Assembly: GCA_963717145.1 (NCBI GenBank)
Contig: OY970325.1
Span: 3,360,001 to 3,424,000 of the forward strand
Length of the DNA: 64,000 nt
Reading direction: 5' to 3'
Source: an uncultured Armatimonadetes bacterium
Lineage (GTDB): Bacteria; Armatimonadota; UBA5829; DTJY01
A program made the translations under genes and the position numbers. Each line of letters starts with the position of its first letter. Positions within the stretch are counted from its first letter, which is position 1. The notes under the pieces were generated by a model. It was not told the origin of the DNA, searched no databases, and saw only the letters and a list, made by a program, of their open reading frames with translations. Positions 38,454-47,796 of the stretch are shown here, in pieces.

Positions 38454-39620
38454 CTACCCCTTGATCCCCGACATCACGATGCCCTTCACGAAGTACTTCT
38501 GCGCCGAGAAGAAGATGATCAGCACCGGCATCAGTACCGCGATCGACGCGGCCATCATCAGGTGGTACTCCGTGCCGTGAAGACTCTTGAACGACGCGAG
38601 CCCGAGGGCCAGGGTCTTGTTCTCCATCGACTGTATGTAGATCAGCGGGCCCATGAAGTCGTTCCAATGGGCCATGAAGCTGAACACCGCCACCGTGGCC
38701 AGCGCCGGCTTCGAGAGCGGTATGCACACGTTCCAGTATATACCGAGCGGGCCGCATCCGTCTATCTTGGCCGCATCCTCGAGTTCCTTGGGCAGCGTCA
38801 TGAAGAACTGCCTGAGCAGGAAGATGAAGAACGCGCCGCCTCCGAAGAACGCCGGGACGATCAGCGGCTTGAGCGTATCGATCCATTGCAGGTGAGTATA
38901 GAGGATGAAGGTCGGGATCTGAGTGACCTGCGCGGGGAGCATCATCGTCGAGAGCACGAGGATGAAGAGCGCGTCCCGGCCCGGGAACCGCATCCTGGAG
39001 AAGCCGAATGCGACCAGCGAGGCGCTGAGCACCTGCCCGATGATGCACGCGAGCGTGATGATGAGCGTGTTCTTGAGGAACAGGTGGAACGGCAGCACGG
39101 TCAGCGCGTCGGCGTAGTTCTTCCAGACCGGAGCGAATCTGACGACCTCAATCAGTCTATCGTCTGCATATGCCCGTGATTCGCCTACCAACCTGCTATC
39201 TACTAATCGCCAGGTCTTCCTGCCCTCAACGACCTGCCGCACCACTCTTCCGCCGACTACACGACGCACCGTCTTGTGGCCGTCTGGAGAAATCCCGACT
39301 GCTGCTACGCGTACATCACCCCGCGCCGAGCGGAGCAGAATATGCCAGAGAATCTGATATGATCTGCTATGATTGCAGATTCGGTAAAGAGGGTGTGCGC
39401 TGCCGTTCACCTCGGCAACTACCTGGCTTGATGGGATATACGAGCGATCCTTCACTGTGATCTTCGACTTATCAGTGAGCGAGGTCGACAGCATGAAAAG
39501 GAAGGGTACGAGGAAGACGATCGACAGCCCGACGAGCACCAGGTAACTGAGTCCCATCTTCAGGACTTCGTTACGCCGGGCCCGAGGGTCCCTAATCCTC
39601 CGACCGATCGTTGTTGCCAC
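38454..39620 (-). CDS. Carbohydrate ABC transporter permease (MalG-like) with ~100-aa insert
   Basis: ELEDAAKIDG EAA loop, WNDFMGPL. Confidence 0.9.
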   Translation of the reverse strand: MATTIGRRIRDPRARRNEVLKMGLSYLVLVGLSIVFLVPFLFMLSTSLTDKSKITVKDRSYIPSSQVVAEVNGSAHPLYRICNHSRSYQILWHILLRSARGDVRVAAVGISPDGHKTVRRVVGGRVVRQVVEGRKTWRLVDSRLVGESRAYADDRLIEVVRFAPVWKNYADALTVLPFHLFLKNTLIITLACIIGQVLSASLVAFGFSRMRFPGRDALFILVLSTMMLPAQVTQIPTFILYTHLQWIDTLKPLIVPAFFGGGAFFIFLLRQFFMTLPKELEDAAKIDGCGPLGIYWNVCIPLSKPALATVAVFSFMAHWNDFMGPLIYIQSMENKTLALGLASFKSLHGTEYHLMMAASIAVLMPVLIIFFSAQKYFVKGIVMSGIKG

Positions 39621-39639
39621 AAGTTACCTCTCAGCATAG

Positions 39640-39756
39640 GTAGGGAACGGGCGCTGTCCCGTTCCGTGGATGCATGTCCGCAGCAGAGCGGAACGCGACG
39701 GCGGGCGTTCCCTACATTCGTGTCTCCAACACCCAACACCCGACACCCAACACCCG
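39640..39756. repeat. GTAGGGAACG REP pair followed by (CAACACC)n heptamers
   Basis: Visible imperfect inverted arms and four heptamer units. Confidence 0.75.
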
Positions 39757-39757
39757 C

Positions 39758-40699
39758 TTACTGGTAATGAACCCACTTGGGCGCTAGCTTGAACTGGATA
39801 AGCGTCAGTGTCATGATGATGATGAACAACAGCCATGCCATCGCCGACGCGTAGCCCATCCGGAAATACATGAACGCGTTCTGGAATAGATACAGGACGT
39901 AGAACAGCGTCGCGTTCATCGGGCCGCCGCCGGTCATGATGAACGCCGCGCCGAATACCTGGAACGCGCCAATGATCGACATGATCAGGTTGAAAAAGAT
40001 CGTCGGGCTGAGCATCGGGATAGTAACGTACCGGAACTTCTGGATGTTGCCCGCTCCATCGAGCAGGGCCGCCTCGTAGAGTTCCTCCGGAATGCCCTGG
40101 AGGCCCGCAAGATAGATGATCATCCCGCCGCCGACTCCCCAGAGCGCCATGATGATCAGCGCCGGCATCGCCCACGCCGGATCCCCGAGCCACTTCGGCG
40201 GATCCGCGACGAGCGGGATATGAGTGACGGCGAAACCATGTGCCCAGGTGATCCACGGGATCTCATGTCTGAGCGCCCGGTTCAGCAGCCCGAGTTCGGG
40301 GTTGAAGATCCAGGTCCAGAGCAGAAAGGTTGCAACACCCGCCGTGACCGACGGCACATAGAAGAGCGTTCGGAAGATGCGCATCCCGGTGAGCTTCTGG
40401 TTGAGCAGGAGGGCGGTCGAAAGCGCGCCGACCATCCCGAGCGGGATGGCAAACGCCGCGTAATACAACGTGTTCATCAGCGACTTGCGGATCAGCGGGT
40501 CTTCCATCATCTTGGCGTAGTTGCCGAATCCGACGAACTTGGCGGGCGTGAGGATGTCCCACTTGCAGAAACTGATGCACAGCGATGCGATGACCGGCCC
40601 GGCGGCGAAGACCAGGAACCCGATGATCCACGGCGATATGAACAGGAAGCCCTGTATCGCCTCCATCCGCTGCAACTTCGAAGTCTTCTCTTTCGTCAT
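39758..40699 (-). CDS. Carbohydrate ABC transporter permease (MalF/UgpA-like)
   Basis: LYEAALLDGA, MGYASAMAW. Confidence 0.92.
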   Translation of the reverse strand: MTKEKTSKLQRMEAIQGFLFISPWIIGFLVFAAGPVIASLCISFCKWDILTPAKFVGFGNYAKMMEDPLIRKSLMNTLYYAAFAIPLGMVGALSTALLLNQKLTGMRIFRTLFYVPSVTAGVATFLLWTWIFNPELGLLNRALRHEIPWITWAHGFAVTHIPLVADPPKWLGDPAWAMPALIIMALWGVGGGMIIYLAGLQGIPEELYEAALLDGAGNIQKFRYVTIPMLSPTIFFNLIMSIIGAFQVFGAAFIMTGGGPMNATLFYVLYLFQNAFMYFRMGYASAMAWLLFIIIMTLTLIQFKLAPKWVHYQ

Positions 40700-40714
40700 G
40701 ATCTCACTTCTCGG

Positions 40715-40863
40715 AGAACACGGAAACACGGAAGCAGACGGAAAGCACGGAAAGGTCCTTTATCAGGAAGCCAGGAATGTAGGAATCCATGAACCGTTCG
40801 AAGTTGGATGTTCGATGTTCGCTTCCTTCTGTGCTTCTGTCTCCCTCTGTGTTTCTGTGTTCT
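40715..40863. repeat. GAACACRGA-bounded intergenic element 1
   Basis: Terminal inverted AGAACACGGA / TCTGTGTTCT with internal microsatellite arms. Confidence 0.65.
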
Positions 40864-42160
40864 ACCACACCTCTCCGCCGATTGCGGCGTTGACATCGGC
40901 GGCGAACTTCTTGCACGCCTCGTCGACCGTGCCGTAGCCGAGCCAGGCGCCCTCAAAGTTGGCCATCGCCTGGTTGAACTCTGTGTACTGCGGCGGGAAC
41001 GGCGCCTGACGCCCGTACTCGATCGCCTCGAGGAATACCCTGTCGCTCGGAGGCGAGATCGGCGATTTCAGCACCAGGTCGGACATGGCGACCTTCTTGT
41101 ACGCCGGGAATGCGTTCCCTGCCTTGACGTTCAGGAGCGCGCCCTCGTAGCCGGAGAGGAACTTCAGGAATTCCCACGCCTCCCGGGGATGCTTCGTCGT
41201 CTTGAGGATGCAGTTGCCGCCCCAGATGAATGTCGTCGCGCGGCCCGCGGGTCCCTTCGGCATGTGCGCCACGTCCCACGGGAACTCCAGGCCCTTGGAG
41301 AATATCTTGTAGGCATACCGGCTGTCCGCGATAATGCCAGCCCGCTGGGCCATGAACATGTCCTGGAAGCTCTGCCCGAGGCCCTGAGTGGCGGTCGGCG
41401 CGACGTGCTCCTTCATCGAGAGGTTGACGTAGAACTCCAGGCCGGCGATCGACTTCGGATCGTCCATCAGGCATTTCTTCGTATCCTTCGAGAGGATGTC
41501 GCCGCCGTTCGCCCAGACCCACGCGGGCCAGCGGTTATATGAGTTGATATTGACGAATCCGAACTGGTCGATCGTGCCATCGTGATCGGTATCTTTGGTC
41601 AGCTTCTTCGCAGCCCACAGGAACTTCTTCCAATCCCAGGTGTCGTCCGGGTAGGGAACACCGGCTTCGTCGAAGAGCTTCTTGTTGTAGACGAGCGCGA
41701 TCGTCGAGAAATCGCTCGGAAGGCCGAGGAGCTTGTCCTGGTAGCGCATGCCGTCGAGCACCTGATCGAAGTAGTCGTCGATGTCGAACGCCTTGTCTCC
41801 GGCGATGATCGGATTGAGGTCGACGAGCAGGTCTTTCGCTGCGTAGAACGGGAAGTTCTGCTGGGTGACGTGGAAGATGTCCGGCGAGATTCTGCCGGCG
41901 ACCAGGGTGAGCAGCTTGGCGTCGTAGCCGGTATCGCCCATGCTCGAATTAAGCCTGATCTTGATCTTGGGATGAGTGCGCTCGAACTCCGGGATGAGGT
42001 ACTTCTCGTACAGCTCGAGGAACTCCGGCGTGGCGTAGTTGTACCACTCGATGACGACTCGCCCGCCGTCATACTCCTGCCGAACCTTCGGCTGCATGAC
42101 CCACCGACCGAGTGCCACCAACACGACCAGGATTATCAGATAAGTTAGTGCTTTTCTCAT
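40862..42160 (-). CDS. Sugar ABC transporter substrate-binding protein
   Basis: N-terminal anchor, LVYNKKLFDEAGV, AWEFLKFL. Confidence 0.9.
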   Translation of the reverse strand: MRKALTYLIILVVLVALGRWVMQPKVRQEYDGGRVVIEWYNYATPEFLELYEKYLIPEFERTHPKIKIRLNSSMGDTGYDAKLLTLVAGRISPDIFHVTQQNFPFYAAKDLLVDLNPIIAGDKAFDIDDYFDQVLDGMRYQDKLLGLPSDFSTIALVYNKKLFDEAGVPYPDDTWDWKKFLWAAKKLTKDTDHDGTIDQFGFVNINSYNRWPAWVWANGGDILSKDTKKCLMDDPKSIAGLEFYVNLSMKEHVAPTATQGLGQSFQDMFMAQRAGIIADSRYAYKIFSKGLEFPWDVAHMPKGPAGRATTFIWGGNCILKTTKHPREAWEFLKFLSGYEGALLNVKAGNAFPAYKKVAMSDLVLKSPISPPSDRVFLEAIEYGRQAPFPPQYTEFNQAMANFEGAWLGYGTVDEACKKFAADVNAAIGGEVW

Positions 42161-42172
42161 GCTTACTCAGTG

Positions 42173-42312
42173 AGAACACAGATTACACAGATTGCGGAGG
42201 ATCACACAGAATGGAGAAAAGGGGGATCGGGAGATCCGGATCCCCCACTCACACAATCCCGTTCAGCATTCCATCTGTGCTATCTGTGTTTCATCTGTTC
42301 CATCTGTGTTCT
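42173..42312. repeat. GAACACAGA-bounded intergenic element 2
   Basis: cacagatt units, an internal gggggatc...gatccccc hairpin, atctgtg units. Confidence 0.7.
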
Positions 42313-43108
42313 AATGTATCCCAAATATGCGTGCTGCGTTGAGGCCGAAGACCTTGCGCTTGTCGTCGTCGCTGATCTTCGCGAAGGCGACTCGCCCGAC
42401 CTGCGGACGGATGTCGATGAACGGCAGGTCGGTCCCGAATAGCACCCTTTCCGCGCCGAGACGGTTGACCATCCGCTCGAGTGTTCCATAGACGATGACG
42501 GAGCCGGTGATCTCGCAGTACAGGTTCGGGAACTTCAGACATGCCTCGATACACTGATCTGCGCCCTCCGAGCCGAAGCCCGAGTGCCCGAGCAGGATCG
42601 AGACATTCGGGTACATATCCGCCAGTTTCTCGAACGTCTTGATCGGGTTCCGTCCGCCGACGCCGGAATGCGAGAGGAGCGGGAGCTTCCGCTCGTTCGT
42701 CCACTCCCAGACGGCGCGGTACTTGTCATCGTCCACATTGGTCTGATGCAGGTCCGGATGGAGCTTGACGCCGACCATACCCGCCCCGACACAACGCTCC
42801 AGTTCGGCGATCAACTCCGACTCGGGGTAGTTCGGATTGACGGTCGCGTAACCGTAGATCCGACCCGGGAAGTCGGTCATCGCCTGCAGGACTTCGTCGT
42901 TGCCGAATCGGAAATCGGGTGCGATGGCGGCGTGGTGCGCGGCGACACATGCCCTCACTCCCAGGCGGTCCATCCATCGGACCATGTCGGCACCACTCGG
43001 CGCCGGGACGTTGAAGTTGGAGTAGTACCCCATGTGGCAGTGGGCATCTATCACCAGCTCATCGGTCAGGGGAATCCCCTGCAAAACCTTTTGTTGTAGC
43101 TCAGACAT
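42311..43108 (-). CDS. Amidohydrolase family protein
   Basis: IDAHCH, KLHP, LGHSG, LFGTDLP. Confidence 0.88.
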   Translation of the reverse strand: MSELQQKVLQGIPLTDELVIDAHCHMGYYSNFNVPAPSGADMVRWMDRLGVRACVAAHHAAIAPDFRFGNDEVLQAMTDFPGRIYGYATVNPNYPESELIAELERCVGAGMVGVKLHPDLHQTNVDDDKYRAVWEWTNERKLPLLSHSGVGGRNPIKTFEKLADMYPNVSILLGHSGFGSEGADQCIEACLKFPNLYCEITGSVIVYGTLERMVNRLGAERVLFGTDLPFIDIRPQVGRVAFAKISDDDKRKVFGLNAARIFGIH

Positions 43109-43123
43109 ATTGCTCTAACCCTT

Positions 43124-43258
43124 AGAACACAGATGGCACGGATGGGAAGGGATGATGGGGATGGGGAATAGGGAATGGTTTATGGTTGGCACACTGAACC
43201 ACTAACAATTCCCCATCCCATCTGTTCCATCCTCTGCCATCTGTGTTATCTGTGTTCT
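43124..43258. repeat. GAACACAGA-bounded intergenic element 3
   Basis: agaacacagatgg ... ccatctgtgttatctgtgttct. Confidence 0.7.
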
Positions 43259-44007
43259 CATCCTTCCCACCTCAGCAGTGAGCGCAGGGTGTCGCCGGCG
43301 ATGAGGCGCTTGTCGGCATCGCTGATGTCGGCGTAGGTGATCTGCGCGATCGACGGACCGGCCTCGGTGACCGGAAGCCCCGATCCGAAGAGCAGCCGCC
43401 CTGCCCCGAACCGCCCGCAGACCTCCTCGATCCCGGACGGAACCGCATACGTCGCCACGTCAATCCGCAGGTTCTCGTACTTCTCCATCAGCGGGTACAT
43501 CATCCGGTCGCCTCGGTATGAGGGCTTGAGCAGACAGAGGTTGAGCTTCGGATGCGCCATTAGGAGGTCCGCCACGATATCCCAGTTCGTCTGGTCCATA
43601 TCGAGAAAGAGCGGGATCCGGTGTCCCTCCAGCATGTCGAGCAGATCGCCCGCGCACCAATCCGAGAGCCGCCATGAATGCGCGACAGGGAACGCGCGAA
43701 CAGCCCGGACGCCCGCCTGCTTCATCTGCGCGAGCAGATCGTCAGGTCCGGGCATCTCATCGGTATGATGCGGCATGACGACCCAGCAGGCATGCATGGC
43801 ATCTCGCCCTCTGGTCTCATCGAGGAGCATCTGGTTCCCGACCTTGGGCGCGTATTCCTTCGCCATCGAGTGCATCACGAGCGCCTCGGAGATGCCGACG
43901 CGCGCCATCTCGTCCGCGAGCGCATCCGCGGTCGTGAACGCCTCCGGGTGCTTGACCCCGTATCGCCCGATCTGGGCATTGCAGTCGAAGAAGCTCGGTT
44001 CACTCAT
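43258..44007 (-). CDS. Amidohydrolase-fold protein lacking the metal-ligand motifs
   Basis: Paralog-like layout, but DCNAQ replaces DxHxH and LFGSG replaces LFGTD. Confidence 0.75.
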   Translation of the reverse strand: MSEPSFFDCNAQIGRYGVKHPEAFTTADALADEMARVGISEALVMHSMAKEYAPKVGNQMLLDETRGRDAMHACWVVMPHHTDEMPGPDDLLAQMKQAGVRAVRAFPVAHSWRLSDWCAGDLLDMLEGHRIPLFLDMDQTNWDIVADLLMAHPKLNLCLLKPSYRGDRMMYPLMEKYENLRIDVATYAVPSGIEEVCGRFGAGRLLFGSGLPVTEAGPSIAQITYADISDADKRLIAGDTLRSLLRWEG

Positions 44008-44019
44008 ATTCAAACCTTG

Positions 44020-44182
44020 GAACACAGATGACGCAGATTGGAGAAGATGACACGGAAAGCGCTTCCTATCAGGAAACCAGGAAACAAGGAATCAAGAAGA
44101 GTGTTCTTCCTTCCTGCTTTGCTGGCTTCCTCATAGAATTCCATCTGTTCCATCCGCTTCTCCATCTGTGTGATCTGTGTTC
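44020..44182. repeat. GAACACAGA-bounded intergenic element 4
   Basis: Outer cacagat/atctgtg arms enclosing caggaa/ttcctg arms. Confidence 0.7.
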
Positions 44183-45405
44183 TACAACAGCTCCCCCACG
44201 TTTGCCTTGATCTTGACGATCGCGGCGGCGATGTCGTCCATGTCGGACTTCGGGCCGAGGAGTTGGTTCTGGCCGAGCCAGACCGCCTCGTTCGCGCAGG
44301 CGTTCTCCGCGACCGGGCAGCAGACCTGGGCGTAGTCCATCTTCCGACCCGCGAAACTGCATTCGATCGGGCAGCCGTCGAAGTAGAACATCTGCTCCTT
44401 GTAAAGCGGCACGTATCCGGCGGAGCATCCGATGCCCTCCGCGTTCAGCGCCTGGAGGAACTTCTCCCTCGGGACGTCCTGGAACGCGGCGGCAATGTAT
44501 CGGAATACGTACAGGTGATAGGCGTGCGTCGTCACCCTGGGATCTCGCTTGAGCGGGTTGATGCCCTCGATCCCGGAGAGCAGGCTGTCGAGGTAGAGCG
44601 CATTCTCCTCGCGGGTCTTCATCTGCCCTTCGAGCCGCTTCATCTGGGCAAGCAGGATCGCGCCCTGGAACTCGGTCATGCGCAGGTTGCTCCCGAGGAC
44701 GTGGTGCTCGTACCATCTGCCTTCGGGGACTCGCCCGCAGTTGTGGATCGACCATGCCGCCGAGTAGACCTTCGGGTCGTTCGTGACTACGATGCCGCCC
44801 TCGCCCGAGTTCAGGTTCTTGCTCGACTGGAAGCTGAACGTGCCCGCGTCGCCGAGCGCGCCGATCCGCTTGCCGTTCCATGCAGCCCCATGCGCCTGTG
44901 CGGCGTCCTCGACGACTTTCAGGCCGTGCTTCTTCGCGACCGCCAGGATGCCGTCCATGTCCGCCGGACCGCCGCCGATGTGAACCGCGAGGATCGCCTT
45001 CGTTTTCGGAGTGATCGCGGCTTCGATCTTGGCGGGATCGAGGTTGTATGTGTCATCGTCGATGTCGACGAAGACGGGGATCGCGTTGACCATCAGCACG
45101 GCGCTGGCGGAGGCGATGAACGTGTATGGCGGGACGATTACCTCGTCGCCCGCCCTGACGCCGACCGCCCGGAGAGCGACTTCGAGCGCCGAGGTGCCGT
45201 TCGTCACGCAGACGCCGTACTCAGCGTCCTGGAATGCGGCGAACTTCTTCTCGAACTCGTCGATCTTCCCGCCCGTGAGGCAGCCCCAGTGTCCCGATCG
45301 GACGACCTCCTCCAGTGCCTTGACCTCTGTGTCATCGAAAACCGGCCAACCCGGGAATGGTTTCGTGCGCGTCTTCTCTCCGCCGTTCATCGCCAGTTGC
45401 GCCAT
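44182..45405 (-). CDS. DegT/DnrJ/EryC1/StrS PLP-dependent aminotransferase
   Basis: NGTSAL, EDAAQAHGA, FSFQSSKNLNSGEGG, NLRMTEFQ. Confidence 0.93.
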   Translation of the reverse strand: MAQLAMNGGEKTRTKPFPGWPVFDDTEVKALEEVVRSGHWGCLTGGKIDEFEKKFAAFQDAEYGVCVTNGTSALEVALRAVGVRAGDEVIVPPYTFIASASAVLMVNAIPVFVDIDDDTYNLDPAKIEAAITPKTKAILAVHIGGGPADMDGILAVAKKHGLKVVEDAAQAHGAAWNGKRIGALGDAGTFSFQSSKNLNSGEGGIVVTNDPKVYSAAWSIHNCGRVPEGRWYEHHVLGSNLRMTEFQGAILLAQMKRLEGQMKTREENALYLDSLLSGIEGINPLKRDPRVTTHAYHLYVFRYIAAAFQDVPREKFLQALNAEGIGCSAGYVPLYKEQMFYFDGCPIECSFAGRKMDYAQVCCPVAENACANEAVWLGQNQLLGPKSDMDDIAAAIVKIKANVGELL

Positions 45406-45534
45406 CGCAATCGCTCCTTGAGTCAAGATATCGGCCACCAAGTCAGGCGGCTTGGTATATGTTCAACACTCGCGCGGCACTTCCTCCGGGGGATTGCGGA
45501 ACCACGGAGGCACGGAGGACACGGAGAAGAACAT

Positions 45535-46407
45535 TCAGTGAAGCTCAGACACGGAGCGGGCGATGCGGGCGAAGTCGTCGAGGGAGAGCGTCTCTGCGCG
45601 GAGGGTCGGATCTATGTCGGCATCCTGGAGCACGCGGGCGACCTGCTCTTTCGAGAGGCCGAGCGCCGGGCAGTCGGACAGGCTGTTCAGGAGCGTCTTC
45701 CGCCGCTTCCCAAACCCGCAGTGTACCAGATCGAAGAACAACTCCTCGCTCGGCACATCGACCGGTGCCTCGGACCTCGGGTGGAGTCGCACGATCGCGC
45801 TCTCGACCTCGGGCGGCGGAAGGAAGACGTTCTTCGAGACGTGAGCGATGATCTCGACTTCGGCGTAGAACTGCACGAAGATGCTCATCGAGCCGTAGTC
45901 CCTCGTGCCGGGAGACGCATGGAGGCGCTCGCCGACCTCCTTCTGCACAGTCAGGATCAACCGCTCGATCCGATCCCGAACGGCGAGCGTCTCGGTGATG
46001 ATCGGGCTGGTGATGTAGTACGGGAGGTTGCCGATGACCTTGATCTTCGAGTCGCCGTAGTGGTCGGCGAGGAACTGTGGCAGGTCCAGGCGTAGGATGT
46101 CCGCGTTGACGACCTCCAGGTTCGGACGGTCCGGCAGGACCTCCTGCAGGACGGCGATCAGGTAAGGGTCGATCTCGACGGCGACCACCTTCGCCCCGCG
46201 CTCGACGATCGCCTGGGTGAGCGTACCGGCGCCGGGCCCGATCTCGAGGACGGGATCGCCCTCATGGATGTCGGCGGCGTCGATGATCTTGTTGACGATG
46301 TTCCGGTCGACGAGGAAATTCTGGCCGAACCGCTTCCTGGCGCGGAATTCGTGCCTTCGGAGGAGTTCCTTCAGTTGTGCGGGCGACGTCAGGTCAATGG
46401 GAGGCAT
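45535..46407 (-). CDS. rsmA: 16S rRNA m6,2A dimethyltransferase
   Basis: FGQNFL, LEIGPGAG, GNLPYYIT, RRKTLLNSL; start set at ATG 46407. Confidence 0.96.
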   Translation of the reverse strand: MPPIDLTSPAQLKELLRRHEFRARKRFGQNFLVDRNIVNKIIDAADIHEGDPVLEIGPGAGTLTQAIVERGAKVVAVEIDPYLIAVLQEVLPDRPNLEVVNADILRLDLPQFLADHYGDSKIKVIGNLPYYITSPIITETLAVRDRIERLILTVQKEVGERLHASPGTRDYGSMSIFVQFYAEVEIIAHVSKNVFLPPPEVESAIVRLHPRSEAPVDVPSEELFFDLVHCGFGKRRKTLLNSLSDCPALGLSKEQVARVLQDADIDPTLRAETLSLDDFARIARSVSELH

Positions 46408-46497
46408 GGTTGATGGTTGATGGTTCATGGGGAATCGGGAATGGTTGAGGCGGGATGAGTCTGCCATTGACCATTAACCATCAGCCATCAACCATTC
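46406..46497. repeat. Inverted heptamer repeat (ATGGTTG)n / (CAACCAT)n
   Basis: Visible units between the 3D gene and rsmA. Confidence 0.8.
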
Positions 46498-46499
46498 CC

Positions 46500-47324
46500 T
46501 TACCTAAGAACGTGAACGGTTACGTACTTGCGGCCGAAGCGGATCGCCTCCCCGTAGGTGTTGTAGCAGAGGTCGATCTTGTTGCCCTTGATCGCGCCAC
46601 CAGTGTCGGCGGCGATGCAGTAACCATAGCCCTCGACGTAGAGCCTTGTGCCGAGCCGGATCACGCGCGGGTCAACGGCGACTACGCCTTTGCCGGCGTG
46701 CATGCCGTTCGCGCAGTGGCCGGTCGCCCTCGGTCCGCAGCTTCTCGGGCCGGGATCGTAGGCGGTGGCGAGCATTCTGAGCGTTCTCACCCGCGTCCCG
46801 CCACGCGACGTGAGTTCCTGTCTCTGCGAGCTAGCGACAATTTGGTCTTTCGGCTGCCTGATAACCTTTACCTCAAGCGTCTGCACGGTACTCTGGACGC
46901 CGTCCTTGTAGAAGATCCGGAGCTTGACTTCCTTCTCGCCGGGCTCGCCCTTCCGGAAGACTGCGTTGGCGCCTCTGTGCCGAGGGTCATACTTTACGAC
47001 CGTCTCGAACGGCACCGGTCGCTTTGTCGTGACGACCTTCTCCTCGATTCGAGTTATCCGAATCGTCATGCCGGTCACAACCTCGGTGTCGAGCTTGTAA
47101 CTGCACCGGTCGAGCTTGCCGAGCGTAACGCCGGCTTCCTTGAGGACTCCGCCCACTGTATCCGCGGTGGAGACATACTCCCACTCCTGACCGTCCGCAA
47201 GGATCGTAACCTTGATGGCGGAACCGCTCTGCGCGGTGACAACAGCGCCGAGGACAACTATCAGTGCAATCAATAGTGCAAGGCCGAAACGCCGCCTTGC
47301 CGCTCGTAGATTCTTTAGAATCAA
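46500..47324 (-). CDS. YabE-like DUF348-G5-3D cell-wall protein
   Basis: TM anchor, G5-like region, ATAY...VAVDPRVI...ADTGGAIKGNKID; TTG start after GGAGG; yabE-rsmA synteny. Confidence 0.88.
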   Translation of the reverse strand: MILKNLRAARRRFGLALLIALIVVLGAVVTAQSGSAIKVTILADGQEWEYVSTADTVGGVLKEAGVTLGKLDRCSYKLDTEVVTGMTIRITRIEEKVVTTKRPVPFETVVKYDPRHRGANAVFRKGEPGEKEVKLRIFYKDGVQSTVQTLEVKVIRQPKDQIVASSQRQELTSRGGTRVRTLRMLATAYDPGPRSCGPRATGHCANGMHAGKGVVAVDPRVIRLGTRLYVEGYGYCIAADTGGAIKGNKIDLCYNTYGEAIRFGRKYVTVHVLR

Positions 47325-47516
47325 GTATATCGCCTCCATCCGGCGGTCGGATTACCCACAAAGACACGCGCACAAAACATCACATTGGGAAAAATGATGG
47401 CTGGAATCTGCGACACCGCGCATATGTGTCAGGTGGCACACGGTGTCCTGGTGGGCTTGAGAACCGTATTCGGATTTGACCTGCAGATTGTCCGCCCGCC
47501 ATGGGACGGGCGGGTC

Positions 47517-47545
47517 ATTCTAACACATGCCGTCTGCTAAGTCAA
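47517..47545 (-). promoter_or_regulatory. Sigma70 promoter of the yabE-like gene
   Basis: TTGACT-17-TAGAAT with TG extension. Confidence 0.65.
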
Positions 47546-47684
47546 ACAACCGCTTTGGTGTGTGTGGATAATCGCGTCCCCTACTGAGTTGCTGGTTCGC
47601 AGTGCTGCCGAAAACCGCAATTCCCTTTCATTATGGGCGTCAACGCGGCTATCTGGAGGTTTTTCCCGGTGTTTCTGCCGGGAT

Positions 47685-47747
47685 GCGGGAGGGCGAGGCT
47701 CCGTCCGAGCCACAAGTGGCGGCTCGGACGGAGCCTCGCCCTCCCGC
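47685..47747. repeat. REP pair gcgggagggcgaggctccgtccgagcc
   Basis: 27-bp perfect arms, matching the outer arms at 11245. Confidence 0.85.
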
Positions 47748-47758
47748 CAAACAAGGCG

Positions 47759-47796
47759 AAAAAACGGCCCGGACGCCTGCAATACGTCCGGGCCGT
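47759..47796 (-). terminator. Intrinsic terminator
   Basis: 12-bp stem acggcccggacg/cgtccgggccgt followed by a T run on the minus strand. Confidence 0.8.

Noticed and set aside
44170-46095. Long antisense ORFs (e.g. 44170..46095, 13877..15454, 35232..36605, 23945..25234)
   Set aside because: Shadow ORFs opposite well-supported genes, expected at high GC, with no recognisable motifs
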